This document shows positions 1 to 9,866 of a stretch of DNA of 64,000 nucleotides, piece after piece (the stretch's first letter is position 1; the number at the start of each line of letters is the position of its first letter). Origin of the DNA: a virus; IMG/VR virus record IMGVR_UViG_3300000095_000002, positions 1,258 to 65,257 of that record; one strand, 5' to 3'. The notes under the pieces were generated by a model that was not told where the DNA came from, did not search any database, and saw only the letters and a program-made list of their open reading frames with translations. A program made the translations under genes and the position numbers.

Positions 1-2
1 AA

Positions 3-362
3 ATCCCTGGTTTTATTGCATTAGAACCTAGAGAATATGGGACAGATAAAGAAAGTCGATTAAAAGCTACTATTCCTGCATTTATGTCAGGTAAGATATA
101 TTTTCCTACTAAAGAAACTTGTGAGAAGATAGTTACTCTAAAAGACCAATTAGTAACTTTTCCATTATGTAGGAATGATGATGTAATGGATGCTTTCTGC
201 TATGGAGTTTTATGGTTAGAGAGAAATAGTAGAGTAGTAAGTAGCTCAGAAATACTTCAAGTTCCATCTGAATATATAAAACAAAGAAGGAACATCTTTA
301 TTGATACTCCTTCTCCTAATATATTTGGTTCTACTAATACTTCTACTAGATTTAGATTTTGA
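3..362 (+). CDS. terL: Terminase large subunit, C-terminal nuclease end (partial, runs off the window start)
   Basis: Frame is open from position 3. DKESRL...F.SGKIYFP...QLVTFP..RNDDVMDA matches the Terminase_6C C-terminal motif. Confidence 0.85.
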   Translation: MPGFIALEPREYGTDKESRLKATIPAFMSGKIYFPTKETCEKIVTLKDQLVTFPLCRNDDVMDAFCYGVLWLERNSRVVSSSEILQVPSEYIKQRRNIFIDTPSPNIFGSTNTSTRFRF

Positions 363-367
363 TTAAT

Positions 368-706
368 CTACTTCTTCTCAGGTTCTAAGAATGTATGACC
401 TCTTTTAGCAAATCTCTTTCTAATAGTATCGTTTAATGCAAGCTTAGGTCGAAAATAACCTTTTACATTTAAGAAACTATTATTACCAATATCTCTACGT
501 CTTGTATCAGGTAAAGTCTTAAGCTTAATAACTCCTAGAGGAGTCGTTACTTCATTACCTTCTTCTAGATATTGAATGATAGATTCAAAAATAGAATCAA
601 ATACTTTAGATAATAGAACTTGTGATAGAACAGCTTCAGAGCTTTGTTTTACTTTAGATTGAATGCGAAGTATAAGATCTTTCTTCGCTACTTTAGGAAA
701 TGTCAT
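368..706 (-). CDS. HU/IHF-family DNA-binding protein
   Basis: KKDLI...VFDSIFESIIQYLEEGNEV..PLG...RRRDIGNNSFLNVKGYFRPKL fits the HU fold. Likely start is MTFPK at 706 (ORF track starts at 748). Confidence 0.8.
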   Translation of the reverse strand: MTFPKVAKKDLILRIQSKVKQSSEAVLSQVLLSKVFDSIFESIIQYLEEGNEVTTPLGVIKLKTLPDTRRRDIGNNSFLNVKGYFRPKLALNDTIRKRFAKRGHTFLEPEKK

Positions 707-756
707 GTATGTTATATTGAAACAGTATTGCTTCATTATAATGTACACTTCTATTT

Positions 757-3700
757 ATGGCAACAGTATTGAAAAAGAAAAAATCTAAGAGTTCTCTAGA
801 TATTAATTATGTAGATAAATTCGTTAATAGCGTAGAGAATAAATTATATAACTTTAATCTAATGTTTTTAACTCCTTATAAGAAAGAGTTAGATAATGGA
901 GATTCTAGTGTACTAAACAAAATCTCTAAGAACTTTAATTTACCAACTTTAATAATTAAAAATGCTCTAGATGAATTATGGAATCATCATTGGATATTAG
1001 GTCAGCAAGACATATTGAGTAACGAGAAAAATAAGAGAAGTAATTATTCTATATCATCTAATGAGCTAATCACATTTGCTATCGACCCAAATCAAAAGAT
1101 TGTAGATTCTACAGTAGAAAAGCGAATATTGAAAGAACAATCTATAAGAGTTGCTGCATTACAAAAAGAATTAAATAGAAAGAATCTTAGTCAACCTGAT
1201 AAAAATACTATAAAAGCTAACTTAGACTTAATTAGTAATGAACTTCAACAATTCTTAGGTAGTTTAGGTAGTAGGAATATCACTCAAGATAAAAAGAATA
1301 AACAATTCGCTTCTATAGATGTTAGAGTTCGTGATTTACAAGAAACTATAAGAACTATGGAGCTTAAGTTAAATGAATCTAATGCTCCTAATCCAAATGC
1401 TAATGGAATTGATATATTAAACTCTACTGAATTTGGTACTATCTATCAGAATAAGCGAACTCTACTGTTAGCCCAGAACTACTCTGAAGATTATAAGAAA
1501 AATGTAATTAAAAAGATTCGAGATTATTTCTCTAACAATGAAGGAGTAAAACCAAATAATAGAGAGCAGAAATTATTTAATGCTTTAACTACTAGACAGG
1601 AGAAGGAGAATCAAGAGTATTATCAGAAGTTATTGAAAGACCCTGATTTAAAAGGAGAGGATAGAACTGCTTTAACTGCTATTGAAGATTTTATAGATGT
1701 AATTAGAGATACTAAGATAGTTGATGGTAAAAAAATACAAAGACCTCTCAATGATAAACAAATTCAAACATTTGCTACGGGAATAAGCGGTTATGGAAAT
1801 GATGCTAAAGTTACTCCTCTTATAACTAGATTAAGAAAACAAACTGAGAATAGTGATTTATACAAAGATTTAGCTGACCAATTAATAAAATCAGTTGAGC
1901 CGTATCAAGCAAATAAAAAAGTAGCGAGATATCAAGAAAATGTACCTAAAGTAAAAAATGTAGAAGATATTAGAAATCTACTAAAAACTATAAAAGAAAG
2001 AGAAGTTAAGAATACTTTGATAGATGGGCAATATAAAGAAGGTGCATGGGATAGTAAAGCATTTAATGAACAAACTAAAAAATATGGAAAGTATAAACCA
2101 ATTGAGTCTATAGAAAACGCTGCTAGTAATATCTTTGGTATTAGAAGAATCAAAAGAATAGCTGAAACAGAAATATCTCTAGCATATAACTTAGGTCGAT
2201 TAAAAAAACTAGAAGAACTTGGATATAAAAAAGTTAGAGTAACTAATGAAGCTGAGAATAGAGAAAATAGAGACAGTGTGTTATCTCTAGGAGAACTTCA
2301 AAAGGTAAAAGAATCTTATAGGATAAATAAAGCATATAGACTACCTAATAGTAAGAGTTATATGCCAATTCTTTGTGACTATTGTTTAGGTAAGAATAAC
2401 ACTACTTTCGATATTAAATTAGATAAAGTATATGAAAATCCTGTAAACACTTCATTTAATAGATATTCTCCATTTCCACCTTTTCATGTATCGTGTTGGT
2501 GTTATTTTGTAGGGGTAGATGAAGGTAAGAAAGAACCTAGCTTATTAAGTGAAGTAGCAGAAACTATAAAGAATACTGTAGTTGCCGATAGTTTATCTAA
2601 AGAAAATACTAGCAAAACTACTTTCTATGATGACCCGTTTATTAAGAAGTTAGTTATAGCAGGAGTAGGTTTATTAGGTGTAGGTACAGCATATTACGCA
2701 TATCACAAATTAATTAAGAATAAAGTTCAGCTACCATTATCGTTACCTAAGACAAATACTAAGAAGATTAATTTACTATCTACTACTAAAGTCGCAAATG
2801 AATTAGCAGAAGAGAATCAACAAGCTGCACTTAAAAGTTTTGTAGATAATTTAGATGATACAGCAATGATAGAAGTTGCTCAAAATGCTTCTAAGCTACC
2901 ATTATCTCCTGTAGTAAAAACTGCTTCTACAGATTTAATTAGTAGTGTAGATCTCTTACTATCTACTAAAGCATTTATATTATCTAATACTACTGAAGCT
3001 ACTTTAAACAATCTTATATCAGATAATCCTGAATATTTATCTGTTCTCAATAATCTATTAAATTCTAAAAGATCTTATGAAGATATTAGAAATCAGATAT
3101 TAAGTGGTAAAGCTAAAACTAATCTAGATGACATTTATATAGAATATTTAGAATCTAAACAAAATTATGAATCTCAGCTTAGACAATATTTACAAGTAAC
3201 TAAAGATAAAAAATCTAGTATTGCTGATTTAAATGCACAACTAAATCTTAGTGCTAAAGAAACTCTATTAGCTAATCGTCAAAATCTTCCTGAAGGTACA
3301 AGTTTAGAAGCTGCATTAGAAAATTTAAAAAGTCGTCAAGCTATAGAAAGTAGCAAAACTCAATTAAAAAATATAGAAAGAAATCTAAATAAAGAACTTA
3401 GTAGCTTAGAAAATCTTCAGTCTAAAGAAAGTAAGTTAGTTGATTCTCGTTTAGAAGGAAGAGATACTAGAACTAGAGCTGAACAACTTAAGAACTTCGA
3501 TAGTAAAATACCTTCTGTAAATAAGAGTAGTAAGAACTTAGATTCTGTAGTTAGCAATATCAACAAGATTAAGCAAGACTTAAATGATACTCGTCTCAAT
3601 ATTGATACTATAAGGAGTATTAGTAAGAGACGTTTAGATAGTTCATCTATTACTGATAGAGCTTTATTACTCGATACTCAAAAAACTTATATGAGACAAA

Positions 3701-4095
3701 TACTATCAGAAAAAGAGAAAGTAGTAAGTCAACTTAAATTACTTAACAGCACTGAAAATCTAGAAAACTTCTCTAAACTATATAGATCTGAAATAGCAAA
3801 TAAAGTTAAGACTAATTATAAATATAGTCAAAATGTATGGAGTAATGCTGATATAACTAGATTAGACTCTACTTATAAAGATGTTAGCAATGTTCTTACT
3901 ATTAAAAAGTCCTATGAATCATATCTTTTAGAGCTAGATGAGATGTTAGATAAAATGAATAACTTTGAAAGAACTATAGACTCTAACATTCAATTTTCTT
4001 TTAGTGATATAGAGAAAAAGAAATACTCAAGATCTATAGAATTAAATAAGCTGAATTCAATATCTAATAGAAGTAAGTGCTTACTTAAGAGATAA
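757..4095 (+). CDS. Mu gpF/SPP1 gp7-like minor head morphogenesis protein, greatly extended (1112 aa)
   Basis: RIAETEISLAYNLGR...CDYC...PPFHVSCWCY is the Phage_Mu_F signature, followed by a hydrophobic helix and a long coiled coil. Confidence 0.8.
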   Translation: MATVLKKKKSKSSLDINYVDKFVNSVENKLYNFNLMFLTPYKKELDNGDSSVLNKISKNFNLPTLIIKNALDELWNHHWILGQQDILSNEKNKRSNYSISSNELITFAIDPNQKIVDSTVEKRILKEQSIRVAALQKELNRKNLSQPDKNTIKANLDLISNELQQFLGSLGSRNITQDKKNKQFASIDVRVRDLQETIRTMELKLNESNAPNPNANGIDILNSTEFGTIYQNKRTLLLAQNYSEDYKKNVIKKIRDYFSNNEGVKPNNREQKLFNALTTRQEKENQEYYQKLLKDPDLKGEDRTALTAIEDFIDVIRDTKIVDGKKIQRPLNDKQIQTFATGISGYGNDAKVTPLITRLRKQTENSDLYKDLADQLIKSVEPYQANKKVARYQENVPKVKNVEDIRNLLKTIKEREVKNTLIDGQYKEGAWDSKAFNEQTKKYGKYKPIESIENAASNIFGIRRIKRIAETEISLAYNLGRLKKLEELGYKKVRVTNEAENRENRDSVLSLGELQKVKESYRINKAYRLPNSKSYMPILCDYCLGKNNTTFDIKLDKVYENPVNTSFNRYSPFPPFHVSCWCYFVGVDEGKKEPSLLSEVAETIKNTVVADSLSKENTSKTTFYDDPFIKKLVIAGVGLLGVGTAYYAYHKLIKNKVQLPLSLPKTNTKKINLLSTTKVANELAEENQQAALKSFVDNLDDTAMIEVAQNASKLPLSPVVKTASTDLISSVDLLLSTKAFILSNTTEATLNNLISDNPEYLSVLNNLLNSKRSYEDIRNQILSGKAKTNLDDIYIEYLESKQNYESQLRQYLQVTKDKKSSIADLNAQLNLSAKETLLANRQNLPEGTSLEAALENLKSRQAIESSKTQLKNIERNLNKELSSLENLQSKESKLVDSRLEGRDTRTRAEQLKNFDSKIPSVNKSSKNLDSVVSNINKIKQDLNDTRLNIDTIRSISKRRLDSSSITDRALLLDTQKTYMRQILSEKEKVVSQLKLLNSTENLENFSKLYRSEIANKVKTNYKYSQNVWSNADITRLDSTYKDVSNVLTIKKSYESYLLELDEMLDKMNNFERTIDSNIQFSFSDIEKKKYSRSIELNKLNSISNRSKCLLKR

Positions 4096-4344
4096 CCGAT
4101 ATTTAATAATTAAATCTACTATTAATTTTGTTTGTAATTTAAGATAATTGAGATAAGTATTAGTTTCTAAAGCTTTTACTATATGAAAATATTGATTCAT
4201 TGTTATATCTATCTTTCCATTTTCTATCTTAGACATTTCTGCTTGAGAATAAGAAAGTATCTTACCAAAATCTATTTGACTTAGCTTTCTATCTTCTCTA
4301 TATTTCCTTAATTGCTTACCAAATCTTATATTAACTGACGACAT
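4081..4344 (-). CDS. XRE-family HTH transcriptional regulator
   Basis: FGKQLRKYREDRKLSQIDFGKILSYSQAEMSKIENGK. Confidence 0.9.
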   Translation of the reverse strand: MSSVNIRFGKQLRKYREDRKLSQIDFGKILSYSQAEMSKIENGKIDITMNQYFHIVKALETNTYLNYLKLQTKLIVDLIIKYRLSLK

Positions 4345-4380
4345 TATTCTTTGAACGAATTAGTATGATAATAAGAATGG

Positions 4381-4400
4381 TAGCATATAAATAAATGCTA
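4381..4400. promoter_or_regulatory. Inverted repeat TAGCAT-N8-ATGCTA overlapping a TATAAATA box; candidate operator/late promoter
   Basis: Seen directly between the divergent HTH gene and the head genes. Function is inferred. Confidence 0.4.
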
Positions 4401-4427
4401 TAACAAAAACATATAAGAAAAGAAGAA

Positions 4428-4664
4428 ATGAAAATTACTCCTAGTCAATATAAGAAAATTAAAAATACAGTATTATTAGCTGGAGCAGGCGGTCAAGTTG
4501 GTGGTATTGCAGGATACGGTCTTGGAGGTAATGAAGGGAAAGTACCTTTATTAGTCAAAGGCAAACTTAAGAGAGGTAGTAAGAAGGCTCCTACTGTACA
4601 AAGAGCGGCTGCTGTTGGAGGATTAGTTACTGGTGCAGGAATAGGACTGTTACGTAAGAAGTAA
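4428..4664 (+). CDS. Small basic Gly/Ala-rich protein (candidate internal virion protein)
   Basis: LLAGAGGQVGGIAGYGLGG and AAAVGGLVTGAGIGLLRKK, K/R-rich, directly upstream of the protease. Confidence 0.7.
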   Translation: MKITPSQYKKIKNTVLLAGAGGQVGGIAGYGLGGNEGKVPLLVKGKLKRGSKKAPTVQRAAAVGGLVTGAGIGLLRKK

Positions 4665-4667
4665 AAA

Positions 4668-5642
4668 ATGACAATTATACATTTTAATACTATTCCTACT
4701 CCATTAAAAGAAGTAGAGAATGATGACCCGAATTCACTAACTAAAGAAGGTTTAATATTTTACTCTACTGAAGAAGGTAAACCTCATGTAGATAGTAGAA
4801 AAAAAGCTCATGACTTCTCACCTGAAAAGATTTATAAGTTAGTAAATAATACTAATAAGCATTTTGAGATGTCTGAGGTCGGTATTCCAGTTCTTACTGA
4901 ACATCAAAAGAATATTAATAATGTAGTGGGGTTTATTGAATCTCCTGTAGAAGCTAAAGTAATAGACGAATCTTATACTAAAGGAAATCCTAAGTTAAAA
5001 CATTTACTAGGAAGAGTAGGAGTATTCGTTAAAGATGTAGTTATAAAAACTCCTGAAATTATTGATAGGATGAAGAGAGGTTTAGCTAAGACTGTATCGG
5101 CAGGAATTGATTTAGACTCTTTTTCTATTAAAGAACTTTCTCTTGTTGCTCTACCTGCTATACCTAATGCTACACTTTATAGTTATCATGGAAATAAATC
5201 ATCTCCTAATATGAAAAAAATAAAGAATAAGAATCTTTTGGTTGCTAAAGGTATTACTAATGAAAGTAATTACGCTTTATCTCTAGAAGAAGCTCTTAAT
5301 GAATCACAAAGTATAGAAGAACAAAGAGAGGAAGCTATGAAAATATTTACAGCTTTTCTCAAAGTAGTGGAAGATGCAAATGAGATAGGTGAAGAAGAAA
5401 TGGCTTCTATGGGAATCCAAGACCCTTCAGAACTTATTCAATCTGCTGTTGATGATTTAGGAATGCGATTAACAGAAATGTTCTTATCTGCTCCTGAACC
5501 GGAAGCTCCAACTACTCCGATACAAAAACCTGTAACTACTAGACCTCCAATAGGTAAAGCTAGAACTTATGGTTTTTCACCCGAGTTAATTGCTTTTAGC
5601 AACGCTTCTAAGCAAGTTCAATTTAGTAAATATAAAAAATGA
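4668..5642 (+). CDS. Prohead maturation protease (Mu gpI/HK97-like fold)
   Basis: PVLTEH...GFIE...TVSAGID...ELSLVALPAIP motifs, and position ahead of the scaffold and capsid genes. Confidence 0.75.
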   Translation: MTIIHFNTIPTPLKEVENDDPNSLTKEGLIFYSTEEGKPHVDSRKKAHDFSPEKIYKLVNNTNKHFEMSEVGIPVLTEHQKNINNVVGFIESPVEAKVIDESYTKGNPKLKHLLGRVGVFVKDVVIKTPEIIDRMKRGLAKTVSAGIDLDSFSIKELSLVALPAIPNATLYSYHGNKSSPNMKKIKNKNLLVAKGITNESNYALSLEEALNESQSIEEQREEAMKIFTAFLKVVEDANEIGEEEMASMGIQDPSELIQSAVDDLGMRLTEMFLSAPEPEAPTTPIQKPVTTRPPIGKARTYGFSPELIAFSNASKQVQFSKYKK

Positions 5643-5914
5643 GAAACGTAACAAACTCAGCTCAAGTTAGTAGTCCGGGAGGTGCATTAGCAGTTCAAAA
5701 ATCTTCTGCGTTACGAGCTACTAGAATTCCTAAGAAACTTCCTAAAGGTAAAGCTGGATTGGCTCTTGCTGGTTTAGCTGCTGCTGGTGGTATTGGAATG
5801 GGGATTGCACGAAATCGCAAACCTAAAACTTTAGAAGCCCGTATTAAGAGAGCAGTTAATAAAAATCCTCAATTAAGACGAGCTACTTCTATGGCAACAT
5901 CAATGTTTAAATAA
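5639..5914 (+). CDS. Small basic Gly/Ala-rich protein, paralog A
   Basis: RIPKKLPKGKAGLALAGLAAAGGIG, nearly identical to the next gene. Confidence 0.75.
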   Translation: MRNVTNSAQVSSPGGALAVQKSSALRATRIPKKLPKGKAGLALAGLAAAGGIGMGIARNRKPKTLEARIKRAVNKNPQLRRATSMATSMFK

Positions 5915-5932
5915 TAAACAAAATATAAAAAT

Positions 5933-6238
5933 ATGAAACGAAATAATTTTTCTGATTACGCGACAAATGCTGTATTACAAAAAGGTGGAGGTTTAGCTCT
6001 TAGAGGTACTTCTGCTCTTAAACGTATTCCTAAGAAAGGTGGTAAAGCAGGTTTAGCATTGGCGGGATTAGCTGCTGCTGGTGGTCTAGGTGTTGCAGGT
6101 GTTAAAGCATTAAAAGATCGTAAAGCCTCTAAAACTGTTGGAGGTAGAGTTAAGAAAGCTCAAAATCAAGTAGCAAGTAAGATTAATAGTAGTGCAGTTG
6201 CTAAGAAGATGGGTGTCAAAGTTCCTAGGATGAAGTAA
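5933..6238 (+). CDS. Small basic Gly/Ala-rich protein, paralog B
   Basis: RIPKKGGKAGLALAGLAAAGGLG. Confidence 0.75.
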   Translation: MKRNNFSDYATNAVLQKGGGLALRGTSALKRIPKKGGKAGLALAGLAAAGGLGVAGVKALKDRKASKTVGGRVKKAQNQVASKINSSAVAKKMGVKVPRMK

Positions 6239-7278
6239 TGACTACAGCAAAACAAAGACAAGAATGTTTCCAGCTTTATAACGAAATCACTGAAGGACTA
6301 GAACTTGCTTATGAAAATCAAGAGATAAATGAAGCAGAGTTTAGTAAATATAAAATTAAAACGTTAGCTGAACTAGAAGAGTCCTTGGCAGATTTAACTC
6401 AACTAAAAGATACAGAATTAATAGAATATAGCAATATGAATACAAATTACGCAAACTTTAATATGCAGTGCTATTTTGTACCTGCATTACTAGAACAAAT
6501 TGAAAATGACTATGAAACATTGGAAGATGGTCTAATTGATATCCAAAATGTCACTGGTTTTGATGATGAAGATATTGAAGGTTTACTTACTGGTGAACTT
6601 GTCCCGACTCCGCAATGTGTAGACATCTTGAATGAACTCTTTTATGAGACTTCTACTGATAATAACAATGCTTTAGGTTTACAAGTTTTAGCAGCTATTG
6701 ATCGTGGAGATTTAGAAGAATCTGATTTAGAAGAAGGTCTTCAAGCTTATTATGACTCTCAAGAAGATGAAGAAGAGTTAGACGACGAAGATGAAGAAGA
6801 TGATGAAGTAGAAGATAGTGATTCTGACGAAGATGAAAACGAAGAAGTCACTCAGGACGATGCTGTCTATTCCTATATTGATCCTCGATTACAAGAGTTA
6901 GAATCTAAGATTGCTAATTTTGAACTTAACTCAGAACTTAAAAATCGTCTTAATGATGTAGCCGAATTCGCTCGTCAAGGGTTAGAAGACCGTTGGTTAT
7001 CTCGTGCTAAATATGACTTTCTGTTAGGTTCATTTGATAGAGAAGAAGATAGAGTTGCAGCGTTTTCTCAAGCAGCCGAAGAAGATAACGTAGATCTTGC
7101 TACTCGTTTATATGCAGTTCTCTTTGCTCTTGAAGCTGATGAAGCTTGTGGCGAACGAGTCACTTTCTCTTCTTATATTAGTGAACCTCAAACTGCTGCT
7201 AAAAGAGATGATGATGAATTAGCCCTTCTACAAATTAAGAAGATGGTAGAAAATCGTCAGTTGTTTAATAAAAATTAA
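6238..7278 (+). CDS. Acidic capsid scaffolding-like protein
   Basis: Very D/E-rich helical protein located between the protease and the capsid genes. Confidence 0.6.
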   Translation: MTTAKQRQECFQLYNEITEGLELAYENQEINEAEFSKYKIKTLAELEESLADLTQLKDTELIEYSNMNTNYANFNMQCYFVPALLEQIENDYETLEDGLIDIQNVTGFDDEDIEGLLTGELVPTPQCVDILNELFYETSTDNNNALGLQVLAAIDRGDLEESDLEEGLQAYYDSQEDEEELDDEDEEDDEVEDSDSDEDENEEVTQDDAVYSYIDPRLQELESKIANFELNSELKNRLNDVAEFARQGLEDRWLSRAKYDFLLGSFDREEDRVAAFSQAAEEDNVDLATRLYAVLFALEADEACGERVTFSSYISEPQTAAKRDDDELALLQIKKMVENRQLFNKN

Positions 7279-7292
7279 TAGGTAAATAAATA

Positions 7293-8129
7293 ATGTTTGT
7301 AAGATACGGATCAACAGATTCAGAAAAAGCTATTATTGCCTATCCTCGTAATATTAGGGTTCCTTACCACGTTTATATGACTGGTAAACATATCTCACCT
7401 AATAAAGAAGGTAGACGTGCATTAGTAGAAGGTCATTTTGTTTCTAAGAAAGATGGTGTTCATAGATTCCTTCCTCGTTCTAGGGTAACTACTACTCCCA
7501 GCGGTAATCGATTTAAAGTTAAAAACCCTTATGTATTTGTACCTGGAGACACTCTTTATATCATTCAGCCAGTAGCAGTATTACCTGTGTCTGGTGTAGG
7601 TGAAGCTGGTATTACCATCAATAAAAATAGAACGTTTAAGTATACTCCGGTTGGTGCAGCTAATACTACTGAAGCAGCTAGTATGATTGCTTCTTATTTT
7701 AATAGTCAACCTGATATTGCAGAATTGTTAGAACTAATTCCTTCTGGAGCTAATATCTCTTTCTATTCTCCAATTAGTCAACCTCTTGTAACTTTTACTC
7801 CTAGCGGTACTCTTGGCACTACTGAAACTACTACTGCTGTAAATACTACTCCTATCGGTACTATCCAAGCTATTGATATTGAGACTGAAGAATTTATCTT
7901 TGCTTCTAATGTCACTGCTACTTTACCTATAAATGCTGTAGTAGGTGTTCCTCAAGATGAAGTGTTAGGTATTTTTACTCACTCAGTTGATTATACTGCT
8001 GGTGGTATTACTTCTCAGCATATTGGAGTAATTGATGAAGCTAAAGTTTATAAGTTAGCATTGCCTCACTATGATAATTCACTTACTTATGAATGTCCTC
8101 GTCTTCATGTTAGAGAAGTTTGGTCTTAG
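7293..8129 (+). CDS. Head decoration/capsid stabilising protein (putative)
   Basis: Beta-rich protein immediately upstream of a gpE-type capsid gene, i.e. the lambda gpD position. Confidence 0.55.
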   Translation: MFVRYGSTDSEKAIIAYPRNIRVPYHVYMTGKHISPNKEGRRALVEGHFVSKKDGVHRFLPRSRVTTTPSGNRFKVKNPYVFVPGDTLYIIQPVAVLPVSGVGEAGITINKNRTFKYTPVGAANTTEAASMIASYFNSQPDIAELLELIPSGANISFYSPISQPLVTFTPSGTLGTTETTTAVNTTPIGTIQAIDIETEEFIFASNVTATLPINAVVGVPQDEVLGIFTHSVDYTAGGITSQHIGVIDEAKVYKLALPHYDNSLTYECPRLHVREVWS

Positions 8130-8167
8130 TAATAGAAAGAATAGATAATATATAAAAATTAATAAAT

Positions 8168-9334
8168 ATGTCACACGTTGCTACATTTTTCAATGAGCGG
8201 TTTATCTCCAAGCAAGTAATGGCTATGGTAGATGAAACTGAACAGAATTTAATTAAAAGAAGTAAGTTAATTGACCCGTATTTCCCTACTCAAATGTTTG
8301 ATAGTAGAGATTTTGTAGGTCTATTGACTAAACGAGTTGCTCCTGCTGCTTCGATTGTTGCGTATGGCGCTGAAATTCCATTAGTAAACTTTGGTGGAAT
8401 TGAACGTATGGCAGCTACATTATTCAAGTTGGGTACTTCACGTCTCTATGATGAAGAAACTCAATGGAAAATGATTGAAGCTCAAAATATGGCAATTGCT
8501 AAAGGTATTAGAGTTCAACGAGTTTATAACCCTGACGGAACAGTTACTCCTGGGGCAGATGCAGACTTGGCACGAGCTTTATTTGGAGTAGTTGAAGATT
8601 TACTTAAAGGTATTACTGACCGAATGGATCACATGAAATGGCAAGTAGCTTCTACTGGTGCTATTGATATGAAAGATCCTAAGACTGGTGCATTAGTACA
8701 ACTTGATTTCAAAAAAGAAGGTGTTAATTATAATCACTTCCCAGCTCCTTTGACTCAGACTGGTAATACTGTTACTCCTACTCTAAATAAATGGACTGAT
8801 CATGAAAATGCTCGTGGTCTTGAAAATCTTAGTGATGCAGTAGAAACTTATTATGATACTAATGGTTATGCCCCAGATAAAATTGTAATGAGTCGTAAGT
8901 GTTGGAGAGACTTCTTACATCAGAAGAGTACAAGAGATGCTGCTCGTCAACTAACTACTACTGAATTAGGTTTAGTATCTGCTGATATGGGTAAGAAACT
9001 ATTAGAAGCTCGTGATATTCCTGAAGTAGTTACATTTGAAGAAAAATATCAAGAACAATTACCAGATGGCTCTATTGTAGATGTTAACTTCTTGAATAAC
9101 AATCGAATTGTGTTCTTGAAGAATAACATGGGAATCAGTGCTATCGGCCCAACTATTGAGTCTGTTAAAGAGGTAGTTGGTGGTGGAGATACTAAGATTG
9201 AACCTAAATCTGGTATTTATGTCAGTACTTATGAAGAAAATAAACATCCTGTACATGACGTATCAATGGCAACTGCTACATTTGTACCTATTGTAATGAA
9301 TCCTAAACAACTATTCTCTTGGCAGGTACGATAA
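8168..9334 (+). CDS. Major capsid protein (Phage_cap_E, lambda gpE-like)
   Basis: YFP...APAASIVAYGAEIP...ITDRMDHMKWQVASTGAI...LDF...W...APDKIVMS...FLNNNRIVF, followed by a terminator after the next gene. Confidence 0.9.
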   Translation: MSHVATFFNERFISKQVMAMVDETEQNLIKRSKLIDPYFPTQMFDSRDFVGLLTKRVAPAASIVAYGAEIPLVNFGGIERMAATLFKLGTSRLYDEETQWKMIEAQNMAIAKGIRVQRVYNPDGTVTPGADADLARALFGVVEDLLKGITDRMDHMKWQVASTGAIDMKDPKTGALVQLDFKKEGVNYNHFPAPLTQTGNTVTPTLNKWTDHENARGLENLSDAVETYYDTNGYAPDKIVMSRKCWRDFLHQKSTRDAARQLTTTELGLVSADMGKKLLEARDIPEVVTFEEKYQEQLPDGSIVDVNFLNNNRIVFLKNNMGISAIGPTIESVKEVVGGGDTKIEPKSGIYVSTYEENKHPVHDVSMATATFVPIVMNPKQLFSWQVR

Positions 9335-9795
9335 TGAAGAAGTACACTTTACTAAATAATATTATTACTAAAGATGGAAATATACTTTTTGCTAGGACTA
9401 CTCCTTATATGGAAGGTGAGATTCCTAAAGAGTTTATCAATCCACTAAATGTAATAGTTATAGAAGATAATAGTCAAGCGGTTGTATATAAGCAAACCTC
9501 TATAGATAATACTGTTAATCATTTAAATCCTCCAGATAATACAACTAATTTAGCTCCTAAGTTTTATGATCCAACTAAATTGACTGTTGTTCAAAAAGTA
9601 GATATTAATACCTTAACTTTAGATCAACTTAAAGAGCTTAAAGGTATTGGAGAGAAAACAGCAGTGCAATTAGTATCTAGCAGACCTTATAAAGATTTAG
9701 CTGAATTAACTACTAAAGTTAAACCTCCTACTGGAAAAACTTGGGAAGACTTTAATTTTATGTTTGGTGAGCCTTCTACTATTTCTGTAGTTTAA
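9334..9795 (+). CDS. Helix-hairpin-helix (ComEA/PsbU-like) DNA-binding protein
   Basis: VDINTLTLDQLKELKGIGEKTAVQLVSSRPYKDLAEL. The start overlaps the capsid gene stop (TAATG). Confidence 0.75.
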   Translation: MKKYTLLNNIITKDGNILFARTTPYMEGEIPKEFINPLNVIVIEDNSQAVVYKQTSIDNTVNHLNPPDNTTNLAPKFYDPTKLTVVQKVDINTLTLDQLKELKGIGEKTAVQLVSSRPYKDLAELTTKVKPPTGKTWEDFNFMFGEPSTISVV

Positions 9796-9821
9796 TAATC
9801 TCTAGTACATCTAATTAATCC

Positions 9822-9859
9822 TAAGTATAGTTTGCTAGAGAGCTATACTTATTTTTTTT
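9822..9859 (+). terminator. Rho-independent terminator
   Basis: TAAGTATAGTT-loop-AGCTATACTTA stem followed by T8. Confidence 0.75.
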
Positions 9860-9866
9860 ATCTTAT

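Noticed and set aside
9334-9795. Photosystem II psbU auxiliary gene
   Set aside because: Only the generic HhH motif is shared. There is no signal peptide and the gene is coupled to the capsid gene.
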